Below, in pieces: positions 37,601 to 51,600 of a stretch of 64,000 nt of DNA. Positions within the stretch are counted from its first letter, which is position 1. The number at the start of each line of letters is the position of its first letter. Below the pieces are notes generated by a model. It had not been told where the DNA came from, made no database searches, and saw only the letters and a list, made by a program, of their open reading frames with translations. Made by a program: the position numbers and the translations under genes. Source of the stretch: Raja brachyura. Taxonomy: Eukaryota. The DNA is taken from contig OY740808.1 of assembly GCA_963514005.1 (NCBI GenBank), positions 29,078,001-29,142,000 of the forward strand, written 5' to 3'.

Positions 37601-40600
37601 ATAAAGAATGGCAGTGACCAGATACAATGATTAGTATACTAATGAATATGAAATGACCAAAACAATATGAAACTCTGCTATCTTGTTTCACAAAATTGAG
37701 AATGCTAAAGAGATCTTTTGGTTGATGTCACACTTTACTAATCCCACATTTACTTGAAAGGAAAAATGTGGCACCATTTTCAGCTAAATTTGTGGTTTTC
37801 AGGAAGATGGTCATATTTGGTTCACAGGAAGCCTTCATCTCAAGTGGAAGCAAAGCAGACTGTGATTGGCAACTTGGCAGAGCTAGCAGTGCTGCTGCCT
37901 CACAGCGCCAGAGACCCTGATTTCTGTTTATGCGAGTTTGCACGTTCCCCCTGTGACCCAATGGGTTTCCCACAGATGCTAGAGTTTGCTCCCACATCCC
38001 AATGATATGTGGTTTTGTGCTGGTCTCTATAAATTGCTCCTAGTAGGGAATAGATGCTAAAGAGGGATAACATAGAATTGGTGAGAACAGACTGAGGGGC
38101 CTGTTTCTCTGCTGTATCTTTCAACTCAATTTTTTTTAACAAGTCATTTAAGAATAATTTAAAATATTAAAGCAAAATTATTGAAACTTATCTTCTCCTT
38201 TGCCTGCCAATTCTTTGCCTTACAATCCTCATAAAAATCATTGATCCCTTGATCTCTTTTTTGAATCAGCCAGCATCCCACACAAGAGCCATTGCCGTCC
38301 ATCCCCTGACATTCCAGACACTGCTCATCCCACACTCACTGGATCACACCTAGGCAAGTTGACCAAACTGCAGACTTGCACAGATGCAATAGAAGGCGTT
38401 TAATATGGTGGGCATTTAGGTAGTTTGTAAGATGTCATGCTCCATCCACTAACTCTACAGGGAAGCTATTTGTATAGTTTTAGAGATACAGTGTGGAACC
38501 AGGCCATTCGGTCCACTGAGTTCACGCCGACCAATGATTACCCATGCAGTAGTTATATCCTACATACTAGGGTCAATTTACAGAAGTCAGTTAACCTACA
38601 AACCTGCACGTCTTTGGAATGTGGGACGAAACCGGAGCATCCAGAGAATACCAAGGCTGTCATAGAAAATGTGCAAACTCCATACAGACACCGCCCATAA
38701 TCAGGATCAAACCTGGGACACTGGTGCTGTAAGGCAGCACCTCGACCACTGCACCACTGTTGATATGTTCACATCCAAGCCAGGTTTCAGCTGCTGAGGT
38801 TCCAAACCCCATACTGCATTTCGGACATACTCTTCAGTTACTGGCAGGTGCAATTGAAGAGGACACTTGCAATGACTGTCTTTCCATTTACATCAGTTGG
38901 AAATCTCCTTTCTCGAAGGTGGTCCGAGATCTCCTGGTATGACCTCCTCTCTTCTGAGGAAGATGAAAATGCGGAATTGAGTTTGAAGGTCTTCAACGGT
39001 GGGATTCACCTTCAGCCGGGCTACGTTTCTCCAGAGGTCTTGTTGATTTTTAAACGGAGCATCAGTTTTGTGACTTGTTGGAAGTACTCCCCTCAAAGAT
39101 GGGAGGTAGAGAAAGTTTTCTGTGCCCACTGGGAAAAAAAATTACATCTAACCTTGATAGGCTTCCCTCTATACTTGGCTCTTGGTGTTATGGCCACAGA
39201 TGGCCTTAACACGATTTCACAAGTTATGCATGTCAGCAACAAACCAGGCTTCCTACACATTTTCCATCCACCAACTATTCTTTAAATTGCGCCTTTTTTT
39301 CCTGGACCCCCACTGTTTTAACAGGCCACAACTATCTTTTATATAAAGCAATCTGCAAAACCTACAGGAAGGAACTACAGATGCTGGTTTAAATCAAAGA
39401 TAGACACAAAAAGATGGAGTAACTCAACGGGGCAGACCGCATCTCTGGAGAGAAGGAATGAGTGACGTTTTGGATCTGAAGAAGGGTCTTGACCCAAAAT
39501 GTCACCCATTTCTTCTCTCTAGAAATGCTGCCAGTCCCGCTGAGTTACTCCAGCTTTTTGTGTCAATCCACAAAACCTTTTCAGTCATAGGTATTGAACC
39601 TGTGCCAAAATAATGCCGTTAGTACATTCCACTGTGGGGATACATTTGTAGTTTCATCAGATTACAATAACAGGGCAGCTAGTACAGACTCAATGGACTC
39701 CTGCTAGATTGCATGAAAACGTGAAATTAAATATAAAACTGAGCTTCCTCCCCCTCATGCCTGCAGTCACCTTGTCTGGGTGCGCAGGGCCTTTCCTAAT
39801 CCCAGCAATGTGCTTTTGGCAACAACAGGTACTCGGGTAGCACAGTGAGAGGGCCCTTTCTCTAAAATGTCCCTCAGCCTTTAAAATCTAGCAAAGCTTT
39901 ACTGGCCACAAATACTAAACAATTTTTTTAAAGACTTTCAGTGTTTGATCTTAAGGGATATTTATGAACCATCAATACATCAAGAATCAAAACGCAAAGT
40001 AAACACACCAGAAAATAAAATGTTCACCACTGGGCACCTCAAAGCTGAGACTCTGTTCTCTGCATTGTTCCGGGGAAATGCTCCGGGATGGCACAGTTAC
40101 ACAGTTGGTGGAGACCTGGGAGCAGAAACCTGAGACCTATGACCAGGGACAAGAGGCCTAGGACCGATCCTGACCTTGGTGGCCGTCTGTGTGGAATTCG
40201 TACATTCTCCCTGTAACCGCGTGGGATTCCTCCGGGTGCTCCGTTTCCTCCCACATCCCAAAGATGTGTGGGTTTGTAGGTTAATTGGCCTCAGTAATTG
40301 TCTCCTAAGATAACATAGGAATCATAGGAACATAAATGGGTGATTGATGGTCACCATGGACTTGGTGGGCTGATTCACACTTTTTTATATTTAAAAGTAA
40401 GGTAAATTGAAGTGCCCATAGAACCACAATGGAAGCAGATTGCCATTGATCTGAAAGGATTGCCTGAGAAAGATTTCTGTGAAAGTGACATGGATAAGTG
40501 AGTACTGTGGTCTGAAGAAGGGCCCCAACCCAAAACTTCACCTACCCATGTTCTCCAGAGATGCTTCCTGACCCACTGAGTCTCACCAGCATTCCCTTTT

Positions 40601-43600
40601 TTTGTAAACCAGTATCGTATATGCAAGTGAAGTTGGTTTTCTAACAGCCTTTTATAATGTTTACATACATTTTGGAAACAGGTGATTACAATAAATAGCT
40701 TTTATTCTTTTAAACGTGCATGCAGAGCTGAGGATTTTATGGAGAGCATTCCTGAAGCCAAATATCTGGATGGCTGTATGTTGAGTTTTGGTCACCCTGC
40801 TAGAGAAAAGATGCCATAAGCTAGCAGAGAGTATTTACAAGGATGTTGTTAGGACTCAAGGGCCTGAGCTACAGAGAGAGGATGGGGAGGCAAGGCCTTT
40901 GTTCCTTGGCGCACTAGAGGCTGAGGGGTGATCTTATAAAGATGTATAAAATTACAAGGGAAGTAGATAGTATGAATGCACAAACACTTTTTCCCAAGAT
41001 AGGAGAATCAAGATCTAGAGGGCATAAATTTAAGGTGAGAGGGGAAAGATTTAATAGAAACCTCAGGGGTAATTTTTTTTCACACAGAAGATGATGGGTT
41101 CATGGATTGAGCTGCCTGAAGAAGTTGTAGACAGGCACAATAACAACATTTAAAATACATTTGGGCAGGTTTAGGGATAGGAAACGTTTAAAGGAATATG
41201 GGCTGGGCATGGGCAAATATGGCAAGCTTGGTTGTGCCTTTTAGTATCATTGACGTCAGGTTTTGTGTTGTATGACTCTATGGTTTGCTTTAAGCTCCCA
41301 TTGGTGGAGTATCATCAAAATCAAATCAAACAAACTTTATTACAGAAATACATCGATATATGCAATTCCAAACGAAATTCCGTTGAATTTGGCTCCCCGT
41401 GCAACACGATAGTAAACAGAAGGATAAAAGGATAAAATGGATACAAGGATAAAATAGACAATGGTGGCAGCCCATTACACGACATTCAGGAGTCTGATGG
41501 CTCGTGGGAAGAAGCTGTTGCAGAACCTTGATGTGCTCCTTATGCTACGATATCTTTTGCCCGAGGGCAGCAAAGTGAACAGTCCGTGATGGACATGCGT
41601 GGGGTCCTTTATAATACTGCTGGCCTTAGACACGCAGCGTTTGGTCACAATATCCCCAATTGAGGGGGAGAGAAGTCCCAATGATTTTTTTAGCCGTCCT
41701 CACTATTCTCTGCACAGACTTCCAGTCGGAGGCTTTACAGTCCCCAAACCAGACAGAGATGCAGCTGGTCAAAATACTCTCTATGGTGCCCCTGTAGAAA
41801 GTGGTGAGGACAGGATGGGGGAGGTCAGCTCTTCTCATCCGTGGCAGAAAGTGCAACCGCTGCTGCTAGTGATGTGATGTTATTTGACCAGGTCAGACTG
41901 TTAGTGATCTGATGTCAGTTTAGCGATGATCAAGCAGCCAGAATATGGACAGCAGATCTCCTGACAATCTGGAGTTGAAGGAAATGACTGCAAGATTTGG
42001 GTGTTGGAGATGAAATCTGAAAATGTATCAAAGTGATGAGTCTTGGTTAAGTTCTGCTTCATTATTGTTGCTCATGAATTAAAACAAGCGTTTTTGCTTG
42101 TAACATTTCATTTGTTTTATTTTCCAGTATATTTACATGCATTGGATGAATACATTGTATGGCTACTGTGAACCCTTGAAATATCAGACTGCCTACTGTG
42201 AAAAACTTAAAACCTATATAGAGAGTAATCTGGCATGGATGGAAGAGATTCTAGCACAAAATATACCTGTAGACGGAGAATCTGATCCATATTGGTACCA
42301 GGTAAGATCAAAACTGGATATCAAAATATTTTAAGCCTAAACAATTATATGTCGGTACATGTTGGCATAACAATTGCATAATAACTACCAAAAAACAAAA
42401 CTTTATAACTAACTAGACCGAGTGCAGACCCGTTGGGTCTGTTCCTGAGGGGAGGGGGCAGCCTGAGGCANNNNNNNNNNNNNNNNNNNNNNNNNNNNNN
42501 NNNNNNNNNNNNNNNNNNNNNNNNNNNNNNNNNNNNNNNNNNNNNNNNNNNNNNNNNNNNNNNNNNNNNNNNNNNNNNNNNNNNNNNNNNNNNNNNNNNN
42601 NNNNNNNNNNNNNNNNCAGAGACTCTCAACGGGAGGTGCAGAGAGAGGGGGGGAAGGAGACGGGGAGATAGAGAGGGGGTGAGAGGAGAGAAAGGGGAGA
42701 GACAGAGGGGGAGTGAATGGGGAGAGGGGTGAGTGAGTGAGGTGGGAGGGGGGGAAGAGAGAGAGGTGGGAGGGAAGAGAGAGTGGGGGAGAGAAGAGAG
42801 AGGGGGAGAGGGTAGGAGAAAATAGGAGAGAGGGGGAAAGAGAGAGAGAGGGGGAAGAGGGAAAGGGGAAAGAGAAAACGGGGGAAAGAGAGGAAAATGG
42901 GGGGCAAAGAGTAATAGGAGATAGAGACAGAGGAGAAAGAGAGAGGGGAGAGAGGGGAGGGAGAGCAAGGGGGAGAGTGAGGTGGAAGGGAGAAATGGGG
43001 GAGAGAGGAGAAGAGCGAGGGAGGGGGAAGAGAGAGGAGAGAGAGTGTGTGTGTGGAGAGGGAGGGAGAGAGATGGGGAGAGAGGAGGGGGGGGGAGAGG
43101 AGAGATAGAGTGGGGGAGAGAGGGCGCGGTGAGAGGGGAGAGAGCGGAAGAGAGAGCGTGTGAGAGAGGGATGAGAGAGGTTGGAGGGAGAGAGAGAGGG
43201 GAGAGAAAGAGATGTGGAGAGAGGGGGAGAGAAGGGGGAGGGGGGAGAGAGAGGCAGGGCTGCCAACCTCCATGCACTGAGCGTGAGAATCACGCATTTC
43301 GCCACATTCTCACGCTGATCACAAATTTCTCACGCTCAAAACTCATCAACTGTATGGGCCATGGGAGTTGGAAGCAGAAGCAGCTATGCGGACAGATGCA
43401 GACGGGGAGCGGGGCTGGCGAGTGTTTACCGGGCTGGCGAGTCGCTCACTGCAGCTCCGGCCATGGAGCAGCCTCAGTGCAAGGCGTCGGAAGCCATGAG
43501 AGTCTCTGTGCCAAATTCGCCCAAGTGACTGGCATGGATCAGGCTGCCCGAAACGTCGCCTATCTCCTTCGCTCCTTAGATGCTGCTGCACCCGCTGAGT

Positions 43601-45618
43601 TTCTCCAGCTTTTTGTGTAACCCTCGATTCTCCAGCATCTGCAGTTCCTTCTTTAACCCTGCGGTTCGGTGCATCCTGGAGGACAACCAGTGGCTGCTGC
43701 CAGTAAGTACCAGGCACTGGGTAGAAACGGTGGAAGATAGTGGACTTCAAATGGGGGTGGTTGGAGAAAGCATCCTGCTTGCCTGCTAGATTTTCACTTA
43801 CTGTAACTGCAGGAAAAATGTTCCCGATGTTGGGGGAGTTCAGAACCAGGGCTCACAGTTTAAGAATAAAGGGGAGGGGCAGTTAGGACTGAGATGAGGG
43901 CAAACTTTCTTCACACAGACAGTTGTGAATCTGTGGAATTCTCTGCCACAGAAGGCAGTGCAGGCCAATTCACTGGATGTTTTCAAGCACGAGTTACATT
44001 TAGCTCACGAAATCAAGGGATATGGGGAAAAAACAGGAAAGAGGTACTGATTCTAGATGAATAGCCGTGATCATATTGAATAGCAGTGCTGTCTCGAATG
44101 GCCGATGGCCTATTCCTGCACCTATTTTCTACGTTTCTATGCTTGAGTATATGGCAATAAAACTCGATCACTTTATTTTGAAGCATTCATGCATGGTGGA
44201 GGTATAATGTAGTCATAGAGTGATGCAGTGTGAAAACAGGCCATTCAGCGCAACTTGCCCACACCCGTCAACATGTCCCAGCTACGCTACCTGCTTTTGG
44301 TCCATACCTCCAAACCTGCCCTATCCATGTATCAGTCTAACTGTTTCTTAAAGGTTGGGATGGTCCCTACCTCAACTACCTCCTCTGACAGCTTGTTCCA
44401 AACACCCACCACCCTTTGTGTGGATAAAGTTACTCCTTAAAAAGTTACCTCTTAAAAATACTTAATACAAAGAACATTTAAATCATACTTCTACAATGCA
44501 CTAAAACATGATTTTAATACATCAAATTTCAAAAAGTTCCTACCCTGGGAGGGAAGACACCCTTCTTCCACACCCTCTCCCCACTCGGTTGCTCCACTCC
44601 CTCACCGTGTGCCCCCAAGGCCAGAGATCAGTGATCGCTCAGCCTCCCCACTTTCAAAAACGCTCCACGGCCCCTGGTTCAGATGGAGAACACTGCCAGA
44701 TGTGAGCAGGGAACTGAGGCCAGTTGTCCATGATGTTTGATTCCCAATGCTCAGCGCTTCATGTTTCGGAGTTGGCTAATGTTATTGATTTGTAATTAGC
44801 CTGATGACTTCAGGGCAGTTTGTTACGAAAATGAAAGAAATGGTATCAGAATACTTATACAGCTGAGTGAGTATAATTTTATGGATGGGAATTGTGTTCA
44901 ACCAATTGATGACTTATTTGACAAAGTGACTAGCATGTTAGATAACAAGGAAGCCAATGAATTTTGTTATCCATAATTTTGTCTGTGAAGTGCCCCATAA
45001 AGGATTACTGCATTAGCTAAGCATCTGTGGACTTGAACGTAATTGGTTAAGTCCAAGGGGTCAGATATGGGGCTTTATGTGTGGGCCAGATATATTGTCA
45101 GTACAAATGGGCTAGAAGCAAGGCCAAGTGTGCATCCAGAGTCAAGGTCTGGAATAGTACTAGGTGTGCAGTCAAAGCTGGGACCAGGGGTGTGTTCAGC
45201 ACTGGGAACATAAGCAGGTAAGCAGCTATGATCAGGGTAGAATAGGGGCCAGGTGTAGGGCTAGACTCAGGGACAGGAAAGAGAGAAGGTATGCAACTGG
45301 AGTCAGGGCCAGGAGTAGTACCTGGTGTGCAGTGAGACCCAGGTTGGCCAACATGGGCCAAGTGTTTGATTATAATCTGATTTCCATACATGAATACACT
45401 ACGATCATTCATGTGCTGCACGTATGGATCAGAGCCTGGGCTCTTCTGTGGAATGTAATTAGGAATGTAATTTACTCTAACCTTATTCATAACTAATCCA
45501 ATTTAAAGCATACATATTGCATTCAAGTGTAAGTTAAAAGACTCGCTACAGTATGCACCATATTACGCAATTTCAAGCTGAAAAATGCAAAAGGTCTGTA
45601 CCAATGGGAGGACGCGCT

Positions 45619-45657
<39 letters not shown>

Positions 45658-48600
45658 ATATGTAGATATATTATAGCTGTTTAAAATCTAGTTAACCAAC
45701 CTCTTATTTTATGATAAAAGACAATTGATCTGAAACATTTATTCTGCTCACCATGGATGCTGCCTGATGTTTTCTGTCTTTTTGTTTTGTGCTAAAATGG
45801 TCCTGACTTGACATTGATAATGTTTTTGTTACTAAGTAAATATGGCTGCTGCAGAAAGCAATACGAGAGAAGGAAAGCTCTCCAAAATAACTAATTCTGC
45901 AAATTACCAAGTTTAGATGAGAAGTAAATGAAAGGGTACGGAGTCTGAGAACAACACCCACCAGGATGGTCAGCATCTGTGGTGGAGTTAATGGAGTTAA
46001 CTGAGGTCAATGAGCTTTCAGATGAAAGGTAATTGACCTGAAACTATAACTTCATTTCTCTGCTCACTGTGGCTGTCTGAGCTGCTGGATATTTCCACCA
46101 TTTTCTATCCTGATTTCAGATTTCCAGCATTCACAGTATTTATTTGAATGTGTGAAGAGAGCAGTAGCAATGCTGAACTAAAATGTACTAATTCAGCAAA
46201 ACTAGAGATCTGCAAACTCACACCATTGCAGATAACATCGCTGTTTCTGCTTTGCTAATCACTGGTCTGAACTAGATGTGATATTATCTGTGCAATTAAG
46301 TTAATAATTCAGCTGCTGACTGCCCAATTGCACTTTCTTGCTTTGGTTACCAACACCGTACTGTCAGGTAATCAGATGACCAATTTATCTCATTATTACA
46401 TGGTATTTTTTCTATTTTGTTTATGTTACTCCTCCATGTCCATGCAATGCTACAACAGCGAAATGCATTTCATTGTTGAAAAATTAGATGCAGTGCCTTC
46501 TGAATATATGCTGGAACATAAGCATCTGTAACACTATAACAGATATAGTGTAACACTATAATGCTGGAGAATGCTGTGTATTCAACACACTGATATTTTT
46601 CTCTTTGCACTGTCGTGTTTTGTGAATGGCTTGTGTATACAGTGCCCGCCACAATGTTTGGGACAAAGACCAATCATTTATTTATTTGCCTCTGTACTCC
46701 ACAATTTGAGATTTGTAATAGAAAAATTTACACCTGGTTAAAGTGCACATTGTCAGATTTTAATAAAGGCCATTTTTATACGTTTTGGTTTCACCATGTA
46801 GAAATTCCAGCAGTGTTTATACATAGTGCCCCCATTTCAGGGCACCATAATGTTTTTTTATTTCAGTCAATTTGTTAATGAGTTCCTATTCTTACCAAGA
46901 AAGATTTTTATTGATCAGCAAAGTCAATATTTATTGAATATGGAAGTTGAATTCTGCAAAGCATTTGCAATGTAATACCTTTTTGAAAGCCCTGTAGCCA
47001 CATGTTTAACATTACATTATCACATACACGTATCACAGGTAACCTGCAATGTGATGCTCTTTATTCCTTCATGGTTGAACTTGCAACACGTGCCATTCAC
47101 ATCTGCCAAATCGAGTACATTTCTCTTATCCCAATTCTCATTAATTTGTCCTTAACTGTATAAATGTATGCTTTAACAGTCAATGGGGAAACTATCAAAT
47201 GACTTCTAGAAATCCACAAAAATAAGAGCTACATTTATTTGGTAATCTTGTCAAAGATTCAGTGAATTACAATGCAAGTCGCTGCTTGGCAAAGTGATCA
47301 GCAGGTTTATGTTTGATCTCCCAACGTCACTCTGGCAGTCATGAATAATTAATGTAGTCCAAGCAAATCACAAGATTCCCCTGGAAGTTGTGTCTGCAGC
47401 TCTAGTTTGCAGAAAAGGATGAGGCATAAAGACAATTAGTGCACCTTCTTTTATACAAACCTTTTCTGAAGGAAATCAGGCATTTGAAAAGTGGACCAGG
47501 GAATGGCACTTTGGGTGCACAGAGCGGTAGGGAATCTGCTGCTCTTTCTTTACTTTAGAGATACCGCATGGAAACAGGCCCTTCGGCCCACCGAGTCTAT
47601 GTCGTCTAGTGATCACCCCGTACACGAGCAGTATCCTACACACTACGGACAATTTACATATTTTACCGAAGCCAATTAACCTACAAACCTGCATGTCTTT
47701 GGAGTGTGTGTAGACACCGGCGCACCCGGAGAAAACTCACGTGCTCACAGGGAGAACGTACAAACTCCGTACACACAGTACCTGTAGTCAGAATCAAACC
47801 TGGGTCTCTGCTGCTGTGAGGCAGCAAGTCTACCACTGCTACAAATTGCCACCTGCCTCTCCATGGATGAGATCCTACTGGATAAAGCAGGAATAATGGA
47901 ATATGATCTATTGGAAAGGAAAGTGAAGTGAAGGGATGAACGAATAAATGCAAAAATTGGTTCCGAAATAATGAGGGAACTGTCATGCTTGGTGCAAGGG
48001 AAAGGGAACCCTTTTCAGAAGTGTCACTGAGCAGAGTATCATTGCAAGAGCAGGAGAATGAGATTGACTTCTAGAATCAGATTGGAAAGATGACAAGGTT
48101 TTTAATAGCCAGCAATTTCTCAGTTGCAAAACATGAAGTGCTGGAGTAATGAGTGGGCCAAGCATTGTCTGTGGTGGAAATGGACAGACAGCACTTTGGA
48201 TCGGGACCCATCTTCAGACTCCTCATACCTACCACTTGTCCATGATCCAATGGATGAACATCATCTCCCAGATCATTACCGATCTCCTCACCTCCAGCCA
48301 TCTCCCCTCCACAGCCTCCAACCTTACAATCCCTCAATCCTCTACTGCCCTTTTCTATCTCCTTCTAAAGCTTCTGAAGAAGAGTCTCGATCTGAAAGGT
48401 TGTCTATACATTTTATCCATTGATGCTGCCTGGCCCGCTGAATTACTCCAACACTTTTGTGTTTTGTTAGAGATTCCAGCATCTGCAGTTCCTTACCACT
48501 TCAATTTCTCTGTTATCCTGGTTATGGTCTGGTGTTGACATTTAATGTTCCATTGATTGCTCTTTGTCACAATTCCACCACCCATCACCACCCAACAGTC

Positions 48601-51600
48601 TGTCTTGTCCTTTTCTTTCTTTGTTGTTTTTAGTATGTTGTTAAATGTACGTTTTAGTGTATCTTTAGCTTTGTTATTTACTCCATGCTGCCTTCTTCAC
48701 TTTGTTTCCTCCCATCCTGAACCCTGTATTACTTTTCTAACCTCTTTCTTTTTGGGATAGGGTTAGGTGCTGTTTTTAATAGGTGCTGTTTTTCAACAAT
48801 TTATGGTTTCATGTTAAATTTGTCATGTCAGATGTATTTATTATTTATCACAAACTTGGTTCTGACGGTGAAGTGCCCCTCATGATCTGAGTATACCATG
48901 ATGCCCATGATAGCCATTAGGCTATTAAACACTACTAACACAAATAAGCTCCGAACTACATGACTATTATTGTTATTGTTACACTATTATTGTTTGTGTT
49001 GTTTTTTATGTGTACATATATGTGCATATATATATATATATATATGCACATATATGTACACATAAAAAACCTATATATAGGTGCTTCCGTAAATAAGGGT
49101 ACCAACGCGTGACATGAGTGGCCAAATTTGAAAATTTTAAAATCATAATGAAATACCACAGCCTACCTATTATCCTTTTGAGCTGATTTGTGATCAAAAT
49201 CGACCAACATTTAATACTTACAAAATTTGGAAAAAAAAGAGAATTTATAAGACATATACTGATTTCTAAACTCCCTTACAAAATGTCGGCACATAACCCA
49301 CCACGAGGCCCGTTGTTCACGTCGGGGTCATTATAATCGCGTTGTTTGAATTGTTTTAATCGTGACGAGTACAAAGAAGCAGTTATAGCATTGACACCGT
49401 TGGACAACGGGAGGGGCCACAGAATGAGACCTCAATAAAATAAGTGAGCAAACTAGATTTTTATTTCCTGATTTTAAGTTCTATTAAGAATTATTAAGAA
49501 TTTCAATGGAAAGCTTAAGGACAAAATACAAACATTAAAAAAGAAACAATGAATATAAAAACGGATACTCTGCTTACAGTGGCAGCATCGCCAACAGTCT
49601 GTCTTGTCCTTTTCTTTCTTTGTTGTTTTTAGTATGTTGTTAAATGTACGTTTTAGTGTATCTTTAGCTTTGTATTATGGGGGGGGGGGGGGTTGGGGGA
49701 AACTTTATTTTCCGTATTGTATCACCGTCCTCGCTGCAGCCTAACATCGAGGAACTGGTGACCTCTTGACGGCGATCGACTTTGGAAGCACCAACTTTGG
49801 AGCGTGTTGATTCGTATCGTGGAGCTGACGGTCCGTTTGTCAGGGATCGACCTTGGAAGTTCCAACCGCTGGAGCCTGTGGACAACATCGTGGAGATCGC
49901 GGTCCCTTGGTTAGGGACCGACTTCGGGAGCTCTAGCCGCAGGAGCTTTGACCGCCCCGATGCGGGAGCTTCCATCGCCTCGACTGTGGATGGTTCGACT
50001 GCCCCGTCCGCTGGAGATTAAGGAGGAAAGAAGATAAGGTTTTTTTGCCTTCCATCACAGAGGAATATGGGAGCTGCTGTGGTGGACGTTTATGTTAACT
50101 TGTATGTAGTTGTGTGCCTTGTTGCTTTTTTTTCTGGTATGACTGTATGGTAAATCAAATGTCAATGTACCTTAAATGGTACACGTGACAATAAAGGAAC
50201 ATTGACCATTGAATTCACACTTTTCACACGTGACCAAAGGGACACTGCTACTCGCCTTGTGCTGCAAACACTTGGGGCATCTAATCGGGTGATAAATTAT
50301 AAAAATCATAAGCGTAATCAGAATGTGGCATATAGAGTTATTTAATTCCAAAATTAATGTAATCTTTCTGGTATAAATTAGCCTTACGATGTGATGAAAT
50401 CCTGCTTGAAAAATGTCACAATAAAAGGCAAGAAAACACAGGGACATATCTGATATTTTTCTTTGTAAAAACAGATTTATTTATTTTTGCATCATCTCAA
50501 TATTTTGGCTACACACCATGATCTCTACTACTTAAAATACAGGATATGAAAAAATGGGAATATTACATAAAAAACTGGAAAATAACCTGGAAGTTTGGAG
50601 ACTCATTTTCCCTACTGAGTGGTGTATTTATGGAAACACCCATATATGTGATATATCTGTATATGTGAGTATATGTATATATACACACACTGAACTTTTT
50701 TTTCTAGTTTATTATATTGTTTACCGAGGACTATGTTTGCATATTTTGTTGTGCTGCTGCAAGTAAGAATTTCATTGTTCTGTCTGGGACATATGACAAT
50801 AAAACACTCTTGCTCTACAGAAATTACTCTGCTGCATTGTACCCTGAGTAAACAGAGGATCTAATCTTGGAGTTTACAGTTTTAGTTAATGTGATGTTTG
50901 GTGGACTGTGTGGGGTGGGAGGACCAATAGTTCCTCCCGTGCAGAAGGTGGTGCTGCACAGGACAAAGGGACATGTTTTGTATATAGTTAATTCTATATT
51001 TTCCTCCTCAGCTATGCCTGACTTGCTGAATGTTTGCAACATTCTGGGTTTTTTCTTTCCTTGAGGGTTTTTGCTTTTCAGAAAATTGGTTGGTTTTGGA
51101 GATGTGGGCAAACTAAGGTGCTTTGCCTTTATGTATAGTTAAGTTAAAATTGAAAGTTGTGTTCAAGTTGTGTGCTTGGAGAAATGAATATCTGCTTTAA
51201 ATTGATCAGATACGATTGGCATTACTGCAGCTGAAAGGAATGGATGATGGCTATAATAAGCATATTTTGTTTCCCACTGGAAAATTCAGCATTCGATCTG
51301 ACGGATTAATGTAAGTAATTCATCCTTTAATGGAATATACTTATAAGCCCAAAAGACGTGTCTTGATTTCTTCCTTTCTCCAATGACTAAATAAATTGAT
51401 CCTGCTTATGATGATACTTGTTGTTTCTGATTTTTCAGCATCATCAGATTTCAAGAGTAGGTCTCTAGGTTTTTGTTCTTTCAAGGTTTATGGATCTAAG
51501 GTGTGCAAATAGGGTTGGGACACAGATTCAGAATAGTTTCAGATTAATTTATTCCTTGTTCATATGAAGCTCAGGTGAAGAGTAAACGTGGTAATAAATG

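Noticed and set aside
42345-43620. Long ORFs of 200-310 aa on both strands
   Set aside because: They are translations of the GA-rich low-complexity tract and the N gap, with no protein-like content.
45100-45360. Degenerate repeats (ggtgtgcagtc..., gagtcaggg...) with overlapping ORFs
   Set aside because: Looks like a decayed minisatellite; no splice signals or recognisable protein.
48591-49675. About 80-bp direct repeat 1 kb apart (near 48591 and 49590)
   Set aside because: Most simply two copies of a dispersed repeat; no LTR hallmarks (TG..CA, PBS, PPT) or coding interior.
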